From: Candidatus Shapirobacteria bacterium
GTDB lineage: Bacteria; Patescibacteriota; Microgenomatia; UBA12405
Length of the DNA stretch: 64,000 nucleotides
Assembly (NCBI GenBank): GCA_041659325.1
Contig: JBAZYN010000003.1
Span: 71,296-135,295 of the forward strand
Reading direction: 5' to 3'
In this document: one piece after another, positions 56,332-64,000 of the stretch
Position numbering within the stretch: position 1 is the stretch's first letter
Layout: each line of letters begins with the position of its first letter
The notes under the pieces: model-generated
What the model saw: only the letters and a program-made list of their open reading frames with translations
The model's database searches: none
Told to the model about the DNA's origin: nothing
Program-made: the position numbers and the translations under genes

Positions 56332-56835
56332 GTGGCAAGACAAAATATAGAGACGACTGTCGGACCTCAGAAACTGCCTTCACAGCAGGAGATTGATGTT
56401 TTGGAAAAACAGGAAGAGGCCGAAGTGGTATCAGGCTTGGTAAAAAAATCAAACCGGATATTGGCCTCGATTTCTACCCATAGGCTCCCAATTGATTTGT
56501 TTCCCGACACCCTCAATATTGAGGAGGGAAGAATTACCATAATTATTCGTAATTATTTTTTTTCGTCCCAAGTGCATAGCGTGGATATTAAGGATATTTC
56601 CAATATACTTATTAATATGACCCCGTTTTTTGCTCAGTTGGTGGTGGTTTCAAAAACTTTTACCAAAAATGATATAAGGATAAGTGGTTTGAGAAGGGAC
56701 GAGGCAATTTTTGCCAGAAGAATTATTGAGGGATTGAGAACCTTTGAGGAGAAACAAATAGATACTTCTGCTTATACCAAGGAAGAACTAGTGGCAAAAC
56801 TGGAAGAACTGAGTACGACTGAGATAGTGACGTAG
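56332..56835 (+). CDS. Hypothetical protein (PH-like)
   Basis: 167-aa ORF ending the cluster. Confidence 0.65.
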   Translation: MARQNIETTVGPQKLPSQQEIDVLEKQEEAEVVSGLVKKSNRILASISTHRLPIDLFPDTLNIEEGRITIIIRNYFFSSQVHSVDIKDISNILINMTPFFAQLVVVSKTFTKNDIRISGLRRDEAIFARRIIEGLRTFEEKQIDTSAYTKEELVAKLEELSTTEIVT

Positions 56836-56860
56836 GAACTTTTGTGGTATTCTTTTTGAG

Positions 56861-57298
56861 ATGAAAAAGTGTGATTGCGAGCTATGTAAATTTGAAAATC
56901 CGAAGCCAACTGTGACGGCCGTTATAATCAGGGATGGTAAAATTTTGGTATTAAAAAGAAATGAAAATCCTTTTGCGGGAGAGTGGGATTTTGCCGGTGG
57001 TTATTTACAAAAAAACGAGACACCCGAAGAGGCCTTGAAGAGAGAGCTAAAAGAAGAGTTGGGAGTTGAAAGTGATCTTAAATTTTTGGGGTATTTTGCC
57101 GGAACAGCCAGCTATCATGATTATGAGTTCCCGGTGATAAACATTGCTTATTACGCCAACCTTTTGGGGGATATCAAACTAAATACTGAAGAAAATTCAG
57201 AAGTTGTGTGGATGCCTATATCAGAACTCGAGACGGTGGCTTTTGACTCAAACCAAAAAATACTTAAATATATAAAGAAGCAGAAACGGGAGGATTAG
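56861..57298 (+). CDS. NUDIX hydrolase (ADP-ribose pyrophosphatase-like)
   Basis: NPKPTV, WDFAGGYLQKNETPEEALKRELKEELG, AFDS. Confidence 0.9.
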   Translation: MKKCDCELCKFENPKPTVTAVIIRDGKILVLKRNENPFAGEWDFAGGYLQKNETPEEALKRELKEELGVESDLKFLGYFAGTASYHDYEFPVINIAYYANLLGDIKLNTEENSEVVWMPISELETVAFDSNQKILKYIKKQKRED

Positions 57299-57353
57299 AG
57301 CTTGAGAGACGTTGCTGGAAACGGGTGAGAGTGACATGATATACTGAGGGAGT

Positions 57354-58043
57354 ATGGTTAAAGATGCTTTGCGTGTGAGTTGGGAGCCCGTTGGTCTTAA
57401 AGACCCTATCAGGCCACCCGGAAGAGAGGAGTTAGTTTTGGGTTCGCAGTCGGGTAGGGGTTATTTTGACAAAGCAGTATTTAGAGTTAAGTTTGGCGAA
57501 AGGACAACGAGAGTAGGCAGGAGTGTCCCCGGTGGAGGGACAACGATTGAGACGGTGAGGGTGGACGAAGAATACGGAAGATTAATTTCTCAAGCGAGAG
57601 AGGCAGAAACACGTGGGGATGGCGAGGGATACTTCCAAGCGGTAAGCCAATTGGCCCATTTTATGGGGCAAGAGATAGGTGAAGACCCAGGAAACCAGCG
57701 TGGAGGGGATATGGGAAACACCAGGGTAGCGGCAGGAAGGGCGTTGAGTAATATGGGCATAAACGACGAAACATCTGTAATTTCGACGGGTGAAGATTGG
57801 GTGACAGAAAGCGACACATTGAACAATCAGAGGATACCTCATCAATCCGGTACTGACGGGGCGAATTTGTCCGAAGGTGTTGGAACCGATGCCGTGGGTA
57901 TGTTTAATACCAGAGGATGTGGCTATATTACAGCGAAATTGGTAGATGGACACCATGAAATGAGAGGGCGTACGGTAATTAGACCACATAGCCCGAAGGT
58001 GGTGGAAATCCATGTAACAGGGTTCAGGGGGCCTGGCCGCTGA
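57354..58043 (+). CDS. Hypothetical protein
   Basis: 229-aa ORF, TATACT 8 nt before ATG. Confidence 0.6.
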   Translation: MVKDALRVSWEPVGLKDPIRPPGREELVLGSQSGRGYFDKAVFRVKFGERTTRVGRSVPGGGTTIETVRVDEEYGRLISQAREAETRGDGEGYFQAVSQLAHFMGQEIGEDPGNQRGGDMGNTRVAAGRALSNMGINDETSVISTGEDWVTESDTLNNQRIPHQSGTDGANLSEGVGTDAVGMFNTRGCGYITAKLVDGHHEMRGRTVIRPHSPKVVEIHVTGFRGPGR

Positions 58044-58101
58044 GCGGAAAAACTTCTTTCGTAAAATACCCGATTGAGTTTGTGGAAAAAATTTCGGAAC
58101 T

Positions 58102-58133
58102 TTAGAGAGAGATTTTGTAGATTTTTGATTTGA
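58102..58133 (-). pseudogene. Displaced 3'-end copy of the 60051-61949 gene (KIYKISL*)
   Basis: ttagagagagattttgtagattttt matches 60051 onward. Confidence 0.75.
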
Positions 58134-58145
58134 TAAAATGAAGAT

Positions 58146-58760
58146 ATGGGAACTAATAGAATTTCCGGTGATTTAGTTTTTCTTGAACCACTAAAGTCTG
58201 AGGAAAAAATACAAATTATTGATTGGAATAAAGATCCTGAAGTTTCTAAATATACGGAGCCTTGGGATTTTAGTGAGATAGATTCTAAAAGTATTAGTTT
58301 TGGAATACACGACAAAATCTCTTCGAAGCTAATTGGAGATGTAGGAATAAGCTCGATTGATCTAAAAAATAAACACGCAGAAATTGGCCTGACTATTGGT
58401 AATAAAAATTGTTGGGGGAAAGGATTCGGGACTGATACTGTTAAAACAATTTTAAAATATTGTTTCGAGGATTTAAAATTAATCAAAATATTTTTGGATG
58501 TTTGGGTAGAAAACGAGAGAGCGATTGGATGTTATATAAAATGCGGGTTTAAAAAAGATGGCATTTTGAGAGAACATGTTTTTAAAGATGGAACGTATCA
58601 CGACAAATTGATAATGAGTATTTTGGATAGAGAATATAAAAAGCATGTTAGTCCGACTAGAAATTTTCTGTCACTTAAGGGGTCGGTAAAATCTTTGAGA
58701 AAATCTTCTGATAAAAAGATGGATAAAAATATTTTGTCCTATGTAAAAGACGCCAGGTAA
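58146..58760 (+). CDS. RimJ/RimL-type GNAT acetyltransferase with C-terminal extension
   Basis: AEIGLTIG, WGKGFGT, NERAIGCY..CGF..GILRE. Confidence 0.88.
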   Translation: MGTNRISGDLVFLEPLKSEEKIQIIDWNKDPEVSKYTEPWDFSEIDSKSISFGIHDKISSKLIGDVGISSIDLKNKHAEIGLTIGNKNCWGKGFGTDTVKTILKYCFEDLKLIKIFLDVWVENERAIGCYIKCGFKKDGILREHVFKDGTYHDKLIMSILDREYKKHVSPTRNFLSLKGSVKSLRKSSDKKMDKNILSYVKDAR

Positions 58761-58802
58761 ATATCTTAGTTTGGGCAAAAAATACGGAGATAAATTTGTA
58801 AA

Positions 58803-58865
58803 GATTGCCACGTCGTCCTGATTAACATCGAGGACTCCTCGCAATGACGGGTTAGAGAGAGATTT
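58803..58865 (+). repeat. gattgccac...gcaatgac module followed by a second short 3'-end remnant of the 60051 gene
   Basis: atgacgggttagagaga is shared with 60043-60059. Confidence 0.7.
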
Positions 58866-58874
58866 GGGAGGGTG

Positions 58875-58934
58875 TTGCACCGAATGACCGATCGTGTTAC
58901 ACTGTATCAGTGTACTAGCTTGTTAGTACTGATA
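58875..58934 (+). promoter_or_regulatory. Promoter TTGCAC-N17-TACACT with TrpR-type operator
   Basis: GTACTAGCTTGTTAGTAC (58912-29) inside TATCAGT...ACTGATA. Confidence 0.75.
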
Positions 58935-58935
58935 T

Positions 58936-59187
58936 ATGAAAAATAAAGATATAAAAGAACTAATAAAAACCCTGCTTAGCACAAAAACTGAAAGCGAAAT
59001 GTTTGATCTGCTAAAAGGGCTTTTGACCTCCGGTGAGCTTGGTGAAATATCAAGCAGGTTAAGCATAGTAAGACTATTAAAAGAAGGGGTGCCTCAACGC
59101 AAAATAGCCGATAAATTAAGAGTGGGGATAGCAACTGTTACCCGGGGCTCGAGAGAGCTAAAAAACGGCAGATTTAAGAATATATAA
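58936..59187 (+). CDS. TrpR/YerC-like repressor
   Basis: LLT..E, R..I...L, PQRKIA, GIATVTRGSRELK. Confidence 0.88.
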   Translation: MKNKDIKELIKTLLSTKTESEMFDLLKGLLTSGELGEISSRLSIVRLLKEGVPQRKIADKLRVGIATVTRGSRELKNGRFKNI

Positions 59188-59200
59188 TTATATTGAACAG

Positions 59201-59905
59201 ATGAAGAATACGAAAAAGATCGGCATTATCGGCGGGGTCGGCCCACAAGCGACTCAATTTATCTTTGAAAAAATAATTAATTTTTCTCAGATTAAATACG
59301 GGGCTAAAAACAACAATGATTATCCGCAGATTTTGATTGAAAGCGTGCCTGTGCCAGATTTTATATCTGATACAAATCAAATAGAAATTGCCAAAGTAAT
59401 GCTAACCGAATCGGCCCGATCCCTGACAAGGGCGGGGGCGACAAGACTGTGTATTGGCAGTAATACGGTTCACATATTACTTGAGGAATTGAGAAAAAGT
59501 ACCGAAATTCAGTTTATGTCGATGATTGAATTGGTGGCTCAAAATTGCGTAAAACAGGGCTTTAGTAAAGTTGGCCTGTTGGGAACACCGGTTTTAGTTA
59601 AATCGAGATTGTATGACAAAGAACTGGAAAAGAACGGCATTGAACTAATTTCGCCGACTGGAAATGAAGTTAAAATTGCTGACAGCATTATCCGTGAAGT
59701 GCTAGCGGGCAAAAAAGAATTTCGTAAAAAACAGGAATATATCGGAGCATTGAATAATCTTTTTAAAAGAGGGAGTGAGGCAATAATACTCGGATGTACT
59801 GAGCTTCCATTGGCGATTAACTACGAAGCACTAGGGAACAAGATGATTAGCTCAGATGAAGTTCTGGCTGAAGGAATCGTGGATTACTATTACAGATTGG
59901 AGTGA
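59201..59905 (+). CDS. Aspartate/amino-acid racemase (RacX/YgeA family)
   Basis: IGIIGGVGPQAT, SNTVH, VGLLGT, ILGCTELP. Confidence 0.9.
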   Translation: MKNTKKIGIIGGVGPQATQFIFEKIINFSQIKYGAKNNNDYPQILIESVPVPDFISDTNQIEIAKVMLTESARSLTRAGATRLCIGSNTVHILLEELRKSTEIQFMSMIELVAQNCVKQGFSKVGLLGTPVLVKSRLYDKELEKNGIELISPTGNEVKIADSIIREVLAGKKEFRKKQEYIGALNNLFKRGSEAIILGCTELPLAINYEALGNKMISSDEVLAEGIVDYYYRLE

Positions 59906-59933
59906 TAAAAAATATAGGGATAAACAAGTAAAA

Positions 59934-60050
59934 GATTGCCACCCTTCGACATGCTCAGGGCAAGTCCTTCGACTGGCTCAGGATAAACTAGCTCGGAACT
60001 CCCACCACAGGCCCTCCAAAGGCGGGTAAACGGGCAGGCGCCATGACGGG
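59934..60050 (+). repeat. Mosaic palindromic intergenic repeat
   Basis: gattgccac, two cttcgac..gctcagg modules, ggcgggtaaacgggcagg. Confidence 0.85.
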
Positions 60051-61949
60051 TTAGAGAGAAATTTTGTAGATTTTTTGGTCGGAGCAGAGGACAAAAATTT
60101 GATTGGTTTTTTCATAAAAAACCAGGTCGAGGATTTTGAGGTCACCGTAGTTGTAACTACTTTTGTATTTACCTGTTTTGTCGTAGACATAGACGATATT
60201 GTCGTTGTCGGAAAAGACTATGGTTTCGGAATCGGTACCGATATTTAAATGGGCGGTTTTGGTGAGGGCGGAAACAGATTGGAGGGCAAAATTTTCTTTG
60301 ACACCACGAGTGTAGGCGGTGAGACGACCGGAAGCTGATAAAACCCAAACCTTGCCATTGATGGCGAGATTTGTTGAATCACTATCGAGGGACTCCCCTG
60401 CTTTGAGCCATGACTGTGGCGGCCCAAAAACCGAATCGGCGGGGGTTGATTTCCAAATAGAAGAATTGGCCGGATCAAGAAGATAAAGAGCGTTAGTCCA
60501 GAAATAAAGGCTAACGGGTTTGGTCGGTTTCGGAGAGGTGGTGATTTTCGAGAAAGCGAGCACTTCCGGTGAGCCGGTTTTGGTTATTTGAAAAACACCG
60601 GTTTCGGTAAGGGAAAATAATTTGCCTTCACTTACAGCAAAAGCCAATCCTTTGTTGATATCTTTGTCCTGTGAAAAGACGGAATTGTTTCTGTCGGGGA
60701 TTTCGACACTGTCTACCCGACTGGCGGCTGAGTCAATAATCAACAAAGAATCTCTGCTTAGCAACATACGGGAATACTGGGGGCTGTCGACAATAACGCC
60801 ATTGTCGGCGTAAAACTCGGGTTTGTACTCTGAGGCAGAACCAGATTGGGAGAGAATTTGAGTGATGTCCTGTTTATATTTTTCAACCTCCTGAGGGTGG
60901 ATTTTTAGGGCAGAAATTTTGTCCAAAATCGACTGGGCGTTTCTGGCTTCCTTGATGGCATCTTCGAGATTCATGTTTTTTACGGCAAGAGAATTGGCAA
61001 TCCGGGATTCTATCTCGGTTTTTAATTGCTGATACTGGGCTTCCTGTGATTTTTGGCGGTTTTGGACAAATCCATAGTACGAACCGGCGCCGAGGGCGAT
61101 TAATATAAAAACGGCGACGATATTGTTGATTTTGGTGCGGTGCTTTTTGACACTACTTTCCTGACTAGAGACAAAAATTGGCTTGGGCGAGAAAAACTTT
61201 TTAAAAAAGCCGGGGTTAATTCTTTTAGGGGTGAAACCCGATTTGACTTGAGGGAATACTTTTGGGGACGGGGGCGGGTTGTCGACGGGGGGTTTGGCGG
61301 TAACTTCGGGAAGAGAGGGGATGGTATTTTCATCGTCTGAAATGATTTGAACTATAACGGCCGAGGCACCTGACTGGTCGTCCAAAGAATAAAGCTCGGA
61401 GAGAAAATTTTCTTCGATATTTTGAATTTTGGTGTCGGAAATTATATTTTTGATTTTTTCCCAGGTTATTTTTTGCTGAAATATTTTGGTAGAAAGAAGG
61501 ACTTTGTCGCCGGAGGTAATTTTGCCGGAAATTATTTTGGTATTGAAATCGTTGATGTCCAGTAACCGGCTGATTTGCTGACCCCGACTGAGAGTGCAAA
61601 CTCCTGATTTGCAAACACCCGTATGTAGGGTATCCTGATGGACAATGACGAGAACTAGATCGGTGATGATATCCGACAAAGAGCTTTTGGCCACCGACTC
61701 TAAACAATACTGAAGCGAGGCATCGACTTGATCGTGGGGGGAAGAATAATAAAATTGATTGATTTCGGAAATTATGGATTTACCTGTTTTGATAATTTCC
61801 GGGTCGATTTCGGGAGTTGAGATGTTTAAGAGGCCGAAAAGGTGGCCTCTTTTTGAGGCAACTGAAAAATCATCTGATTCGTTTTCCCAAAATTGGGCCC
61901 AATTGTTGGCGTTGTGTTTTCCGATAAATGACCGACAGATGAAATGCAT
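60051..61949 (-). CDS. Membrane protein: degenerate PP2C-like N-domain, TM, C-terminal beta-propeller-like domain
   Basis: RGHLFGL...GDKVLLST N-domain, TM, LYLLDP/VWVL propeller-like repeats. Confidence 0.6.
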   Translation of the reverse strand: MHFICRSFIGKHNANNWAQFWENESDDFSVASKRGHLFGLLNISTPEIDPEIIKTGKSIISEINQFYYSSPHDQVDASLQYCLESVAKSSLSDIITDLVLVIVHQDTLHTGVCKSGVCTLSRGQQISRLLDINDFNTKIISGKITSGDKVLLSTKIFQQKITWEKIKNIISDTKIQNIEENFLSELYSLDDQSGASAVIVQIISDDENTIPSLPEVTAKPPVDNPPPSPKVFPQVKSGFTPKRINPGFFKKFFSPKPIFVSSQESSVKKHRTKINNIVAVFILIALGAGSYYGFVQNRQKSQEAQYQQLKTEIESRIANSLAVKNMNLEDAIKEARNAQSILDKISALKIHPQEVEKYKQDITQILSQSGSASEYKPEFYADNGVIVDSPQYSRMLLSRDSLLIIDSAASRVDSVEIPDRNNSVFSQDKDINKGLAFAVSEGKLFSLTETGVFQITKTGSPEVLAFSKITTSPKPTKPVSLYFWTNALYLLDPANSSIWKSTPADSVFGPPQSWLKAGESLDSDSTNLAINGKVWVLSASGRLTAYTRGVKENFALQSVSALTKTAHLNIGTDSETIVFSDNDNIVYVYDKTGKYKSSYNYGDLKILDLVFYEKTNQIFVLCSDQKIYKISL

Positions 61950-61955
61950 TATTCT

Positions 61956-62080
61956 AGTATAGAGTCTAAAAGTCTCAAAGTCTAAAAGCCATGCCTGCCG
62001 GCAGGCAGGTCTGAAAGTTTCAAAGTCGAAAAGTCGAAAGTCTCAAAGTTTCAAAGTCTAAAAGTTAAAAGACTGAAAAT
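61956..62080 (+). repeat. Octamer (aaagtcta) array with inserted tgcctgccggcaggca palindrome
   Basis: First 20 nt identical to 7007-7026. Confidence 0.85.
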
Positions 62081-62296
62081 TTAAAGAAAAACGATGGCGA
62101 GGATTATGAGGAGGATGGAAAAAAGCAGATGTAAGTAGGAAAAAGCAATTAAAATGGCATTGAATTTATCATAAACATTGCTAGACATGGAAGTGACCTG
62201 CTTGACAATAACAATAGAGAAAATGAAATATAAAATAGTGCCCAGAATAGCGAATAATTTTCCGGCTAAAAGCATGAGGGTATTGATTTGTAACAC
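62081..62296 (-). CDS. Small two-TM membrane protein
   Basis: YFIFSIVIVKQV..M pattern; coupled to the upstream gene. Confidence 0.7.
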   Translation of the reverse strand: MLQINTLMLLAGKLFAILGTILYFIFSIVIVKQVTSMSSNVYDKFNAILIAFSYLHLLFSILLIILAIVFL

Positions 62297-63156
62297 TATT
62301 TTATCCTCCCTTCGAGGGTTTCCTGCTCTTCTTCCCCTCTCATTTGCTGCAAGACTTTTATGACCAAACCTGGGTTGGGAACTAGCTCGACTCTAATAAC
62401 CGGAATTTCTGAGGCGGTTTGGATAAGAACGGTACCGTAGTTAAAAATGGTTTGGCTGACACCACCCTGAGTGGAGGTAACATCCTGAATCATGGATATT
62501 TTGGCTTCGGAAAATTTCTTGCTCAACATGTTGTAAAAATCAATATCGATTACCCTTTCTTCGGTGATAATAAAAACGTTGAAATACCAGGAGAGAAAAC
62601 TTTCAAAGGCGATAGCGAAAGTGACTAAGTACCAAAAAAGAACAAAAACGGTCTGGTACCGGCCCGGGAAAAAACTAAGTAAGGGGATAAAAGACAGGAG
62701 AAATGGGGCTAATAACATAAAGAGGCAGATGATGATCCATTTAACGTTGGTAAACCAGTGACGGCGTAAAACAAGAATTATTTCCTCTTCGTCGTCGCGG
62801 GTATCGAAAGTAAACACTTTGGGGCGAGCCAGAAAGGAAGAGAGGGGGCTAGTAGTTTTCCCCTGGATTAATTCATATATTTTTTGGCGGAATTTCATGT
62901 TGGCGGATTTATCGGATTCCGAGGATGGTGGCGGTGAATTACGTGTGGGTGGTGGTGTTTGGGACTGCGGAGGATGGATCGGAGCTGAAGCGGAAGGGAC
63001 AATTTTGGGTTTCTTTTTTTTGGGAGACTCGGAGGGCTTTAGGATAGTAGTAGTAGTGGTTGGTGGAGGGCTGACGGGAGATGGGTCCGACTTCGCTGAA
63101 GCTTCGACGGATAAATCATCGGGGGCGATTGCATCTAAATCTTTTGCGCGTGGCAT
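62296..63156 (-). CDS. Membrane-flanked bacterial PH domain protein
   Basis: EEIILVLRRHW, two TMs, IITEERVIDI, IQDV, FNYGTVLIQTA. Confidence 0.85.
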   Translation of the reverse strand: MPRAKDLDAIAPDDLSVEASAKSDPSPVSPPPTTTTTILKPSESPKKKKPKIVPSASAPIHPPQSQTPPPTRNSPPPSSESDKSANMKFRQKIYELIQGKTTSPLSSFLARPKVFTFDTRDDEEEIILVLRRHWFTNVKWIIICLFMLLAPFLLSFIPLLSFFPGRYQTVFVLFWYLVTFAIAFESFLSWYFNVFIITEERVIDIDFYNMLSKKFSEAKISMIQDVTSTQGGVSQTIFNYGTVLIQTASEIPVIRVELVPNPGLVIKVLQQMRGEEEQETLEGRIK

Positions 63157-63227
63157 GAGTTATTGTAACATTTTGAAGACTGGCTAATTAAATTATACTA
63201 AGTTGTCGAAATTTAATAGGTGATTGG

Positions 63228-63983
63228 CTAAAAGGTGACACGGTGGGGAAGACCCCAGTCGTCTTTGATATAACGCTCCCTTGGTGTGGCATAAACTGCC
63301 GCGGCCCTTTCAGGCCAGGTATTGGCACATCTGACTGTAATACCGGTTAGACTGGTAAGTAGGGCAGCGTGACCCGGATGACCATCCGCCTTCAGGCGAT
63401 CGGCTCTTTGCTTCTGTTGACTTTCCCAGTCATCGGTAGCTTTGCCTACTACGGCAAGCATTCTGTCTAGGGCCCATCTATCTTGATCCCTGGCTTGCGA
63501 TTCATCAAAAAACGAGTGGGGGTATTTTCCGTGGTGGTAATGATGCGCCCAGGCGGTCACAACATCCCTGCGGAAATTGCTTCCGCTTGAGGCGGACTGA
63601 GTGGCGGCTTCCATAAATTCGTTTGTCGGCCCGTGAGAAGTTAGTGCCCCAACACAGGCGGCAAACTCGGAGACAACTGTGTTGTATAGTGGTTTTAAAT
63701 GTTGGGCGTTAAGAGGAAAGGACAGTCCAGCCACTGAGCATTTAGGGAGAACCGGCGCTAAGGGGCTTAGTTGGACCGGATTTACTACCCCATTGGCCGT
63801 TACTGTGGGGGTTATGGCAATTTGTATATCCATAATCGCTACGACAGGATTTTGCCGGGCGGCTAATTGTTGAGATAATTCTAAGGGAGAAAGACCCCCA
63901 AAAGGAAACATCAATACTTGGGGGGCTTTGGCTGAACTAACCTTAACTAGGGTACCAATGTCAATCGACATAAATTGAAGCAT
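63228..63983 (-). CDS. Hypothetical protein
   Basis: 251-aa ORF near the window end; start uncertain. Confidence 0.55.
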   Translation of the reverse strand: MLQFMSIDIGTLVKVSSAKAPQVLMFPFGGLSPLELSQQLAARQNPVVAIMDIQIAITPTVTANGVVNPVQLSPLAPVLPKCSVAGLSFPLNAQHLKPLYNTVVSEFAACVGALTSHGPTNEFMEAATQSASSGSNFRRDVVTAWAHHYHHGKYPHSFFDESQARDQDRWALDRMLAVVGKATDDWESQQKQRADRLKADGHPGHAALLTSLTGITVRCANTWPERAAAVYATPRERYIKDDWGLPHRVTF

Positions 63984-64000
63984 AGAAGGAGGTAGCGCCT

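Noticed and set aside
1-64000. CRISPR array
   Set aside because: Repeats are dispersed mosaics or 7/8-mer tandems; no regular repeat-spacer array and no cas genes.

Overview
Chromosomal segment of a small-genome bacterium; gene content and style (archaeal-type TIM, VirB4/TraD-like ATPase, tRNA-Ile(UAU), many orphans) suggest Patescibacteria/CPR, probably Microgenomates (inference, not tested). Core genes include rpoD, dnaG, uppS, a Xer-like recombinase, rplY, valS, a tsaC-tsaE fusion, tsaD, lemA, rnhA, tpiA, comF, smpB and dut, plus three tRNAs and a divergent tmRNA. Main signals: (1) core genes are repeatedly shadowed by short diverged copies of their own 3' ends that bracket inserted genes (five loci), a visible record of one-sided, homology-anchored gene capture; (2) modular palindromic and 7/8-mer repeats, oriented on the + strand in every copy I examined, nest by inserting directly after TTGAC, sit in-frame inside ValRS, TsaC/E, TsaD and a PH-domain protein, and may supply promoters; (3) a tmRNA lacking the G3:U70/A73 alanine identity elements, with a 37-aa tag; (4) apparently pervasive leaderless transcription; (5) candidate sRNA/cis-RNAs, a Crp-box small-membrane-protein cluster and a TrpR-box racemase operon. 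All calls were made by eye, with no database searches.
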